Part shown: positions 62,533-64,000 of the stretch, one piece after another
Numbering within the stretch: position 1 is the stretch's first letter
How the letters are laid out: each line of letters opens with the position of its first letter
Notes under the pieces: generated by a model
Seen by the model: the letters and a program-made list of their open reading frames with translations, nothing else
Told to the model about the DNA's origin: nothing
Databases searched by the model: none
Assembly: GCA_051362555.1 (NCBI GenBank)
Contig: CM120646.1
Location: forward strand, 17,546,001-17,610,000
Origin: Lingula anatina
Lineage: Eukaryota; Animalia; Brachiopoda
Direction: 5' to 3'
Length of the DNA stretch: 64,000 nt
Translations under genes and position numbers: made by a program

Positions 62533-63883
62533 TTAGCCAGTCTTGGATCTGCGGCAAACGAACCAGTGGCTTCCGATCTTCTTCTTATTGTAGACGTCCC
62601 AGTAAGCATTGGGCTTTGTCGCCGAGCAAGGATCGTATGCGCAGTAGTCTGTTGCGCAGTCGGTAGGGTCGGACTTGTAGCCACACAACGCGTCTTCAGC
62701 GGCCTGGATTGCTCTACGATAGGTGGCGTCGTTGTTGGCTTTGGATGAAGCCCATGCTCTGTCGTGATTGGAATCATCCAGGGTATTGTATTGGTAACCA
62801 CTGGAGTATCGTTGATAAACAACCCCGCTGCAAAAAAAAAAAAAAAAAAGATGACTAGTATAAGCTCTATACGAACATTACCTCACCCACGTATTGACTA
62901 ACTAATTTATTAAATATATGCCACTTACAAATACGCTCGAAAGGACTTACTTACTAATCGAATTAATTCACAAACATCTGAAAAAACTAAAAAGATCTAT
63001 AAATATCTAACCAACTACTAGTATATATATATATATATAATTATTCCAGTGATTATATGGCAATAAAGTTTATTTATAGAATCTAGTGGAACTCCCAGGT
63101 AAACCTTATTTGGGACTTATAGGGGCCTATAGTGATTGTTAATAAAACTCGGTTACTGATTTTCCATGTCTACCCGACCCGACCATTCTGCTGGCCCCCT
63201 TGTCAGGATGTTATCATAATAATCACAATAATAATATGACTAATAATAATAATGTGTTATATCGTAAAGTGCATTCCATTTTCATACATTTCAATGCACT
63301 TTACAATAAAACATAAAAGTTATTATCAACTTCAGCACTAAAACTAAAGACGATAAATAAAAGTTCTTACTTGAGTGTGTTTGGGTATCCATTGTGTTTC
63401 ACTCTGTTTACAATGGTGTACGCTACAGCCAGTTGACCAGTTATGGACTCTCCTTTGGCCTCGCCGTGGACAACCCGGCCAACAGTTTGAATGTTGGCAC
63501 TGGTGCTGTAACAGAGGGATTATCATCTTAGCATCAGTACTCGGTATGCTCCCGGTACTTTGTATGTGGTTCAAAGTATATTTAATGTGTATGTTGTACA
63601 TGTTTGAATGTATTTATGCATATGTTTACATGCATGCTCGTGTCTTTTCTTGTGTCTGCGTTTGTCCTCATTAGCACGTATTGTATGTTGCTCATAAAAA
63701 TTTAGTTCAAATATTCTACTGTATATTGAATATTTGGTTTACAGGTAATAGCTTATTAAAATACATTTGTAAAAGACAAGAAAATCAAGATCCAAACCAT
63801 AGTCCTTTTCCAGTTGCGCCGGAGCTGCCGCTTCCACTACAACTGGAACTGGTCACCAAATAGTCGCCCGCTATCCAGCCATC
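62533..63883 (-). CDS. SleB/CwlJ-type cell-wall hydrolase (Hydrolase_2) preceded by the end of a bacterial-type SH3 domain; spliced, 5' end outside the window
   Basis: Exons 63883-63798, 63505-63371 and 62827-62533 (GT-AG, both introns phase 2). They give DGWIAGDYL..GSGSSG..CTSANIQTVGRVVHGEAKGESITGQLAVAYTIVNRVKHNGYPNTLNGVVYQRYSSGYQY..AIQAAEDALCGYKSDPTDCATDY..W..KKIGSHWFVC.. stop. An AATAAA lies about 65 bp downstream. Confidence 0.9.
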
Positions 63884-64000
63884 CTAGACAGAAAAAAATT
63901 AATAAATATTTTATTTCTATTTAATCTAAACTGTAGTATATATACATTTTATCTGTTCCCATTGTAACAGACTGCCATTTGTGTCATAAAACAACATTCT

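Noticed and set aside
62523-62822. 99-aa Thr/Pro-rich ORF from the track (mucin-like)
   Set aside because: Wrong frame. The splice phase from the upstream exon selects another frame, which gives the Hydrolase_2 C-terminus.
62533-63883. Bacterial contamination as the source of the SleB-like gene
   Set aside because: The coding sequence is split by AT-rich GT-AG introns with polypyrimidine tracts and has a poly-A signal.

Overview
AT-rich, intron-rich animal genomic DNA, probably an invertebrate lophotrochozoan such as a mollusc (inferred from gene and repeat content, not proven). From left to right: (1) the 3' part of a spliced ZP-domain membrane protein gene (+, 1-3418); (2) a ~22-exon zinc-finger gene (-, 5480-19492) with five repeated Cys/His modules, a KH-like segment and ~12 C2H2 fingers; (3) three divergent, intronless paralogues of an unrecognised tail-anchored protein family (22.6-29.8 kb); (4) a 5-exon mitochondrial-type MsrB gene (-); (5) a transposon nest in which one Gypsy LTR element sits inside the gag of another, followed by Harbinger and Tc1 remnants; (6) a secreted 10xEGF + olfactomedin gene (-); and (7) the 3' part of a spliced gene encoding a bacterial-type SH3b + SleB/Hydrolase_2 cell-wall hydrolase (-), which the ORF track misses. 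The strongest leads are the probably horizontally acquired peptidoglycan hydrolase, the inner LTR element (TAG...CTA termini, apparent Tf1-like self-priming site) and the three-gene membrane protein family. Exon structures were assembled by hand from GT-AG sites and phase. Family assignments come from motif recognition, not database searches.
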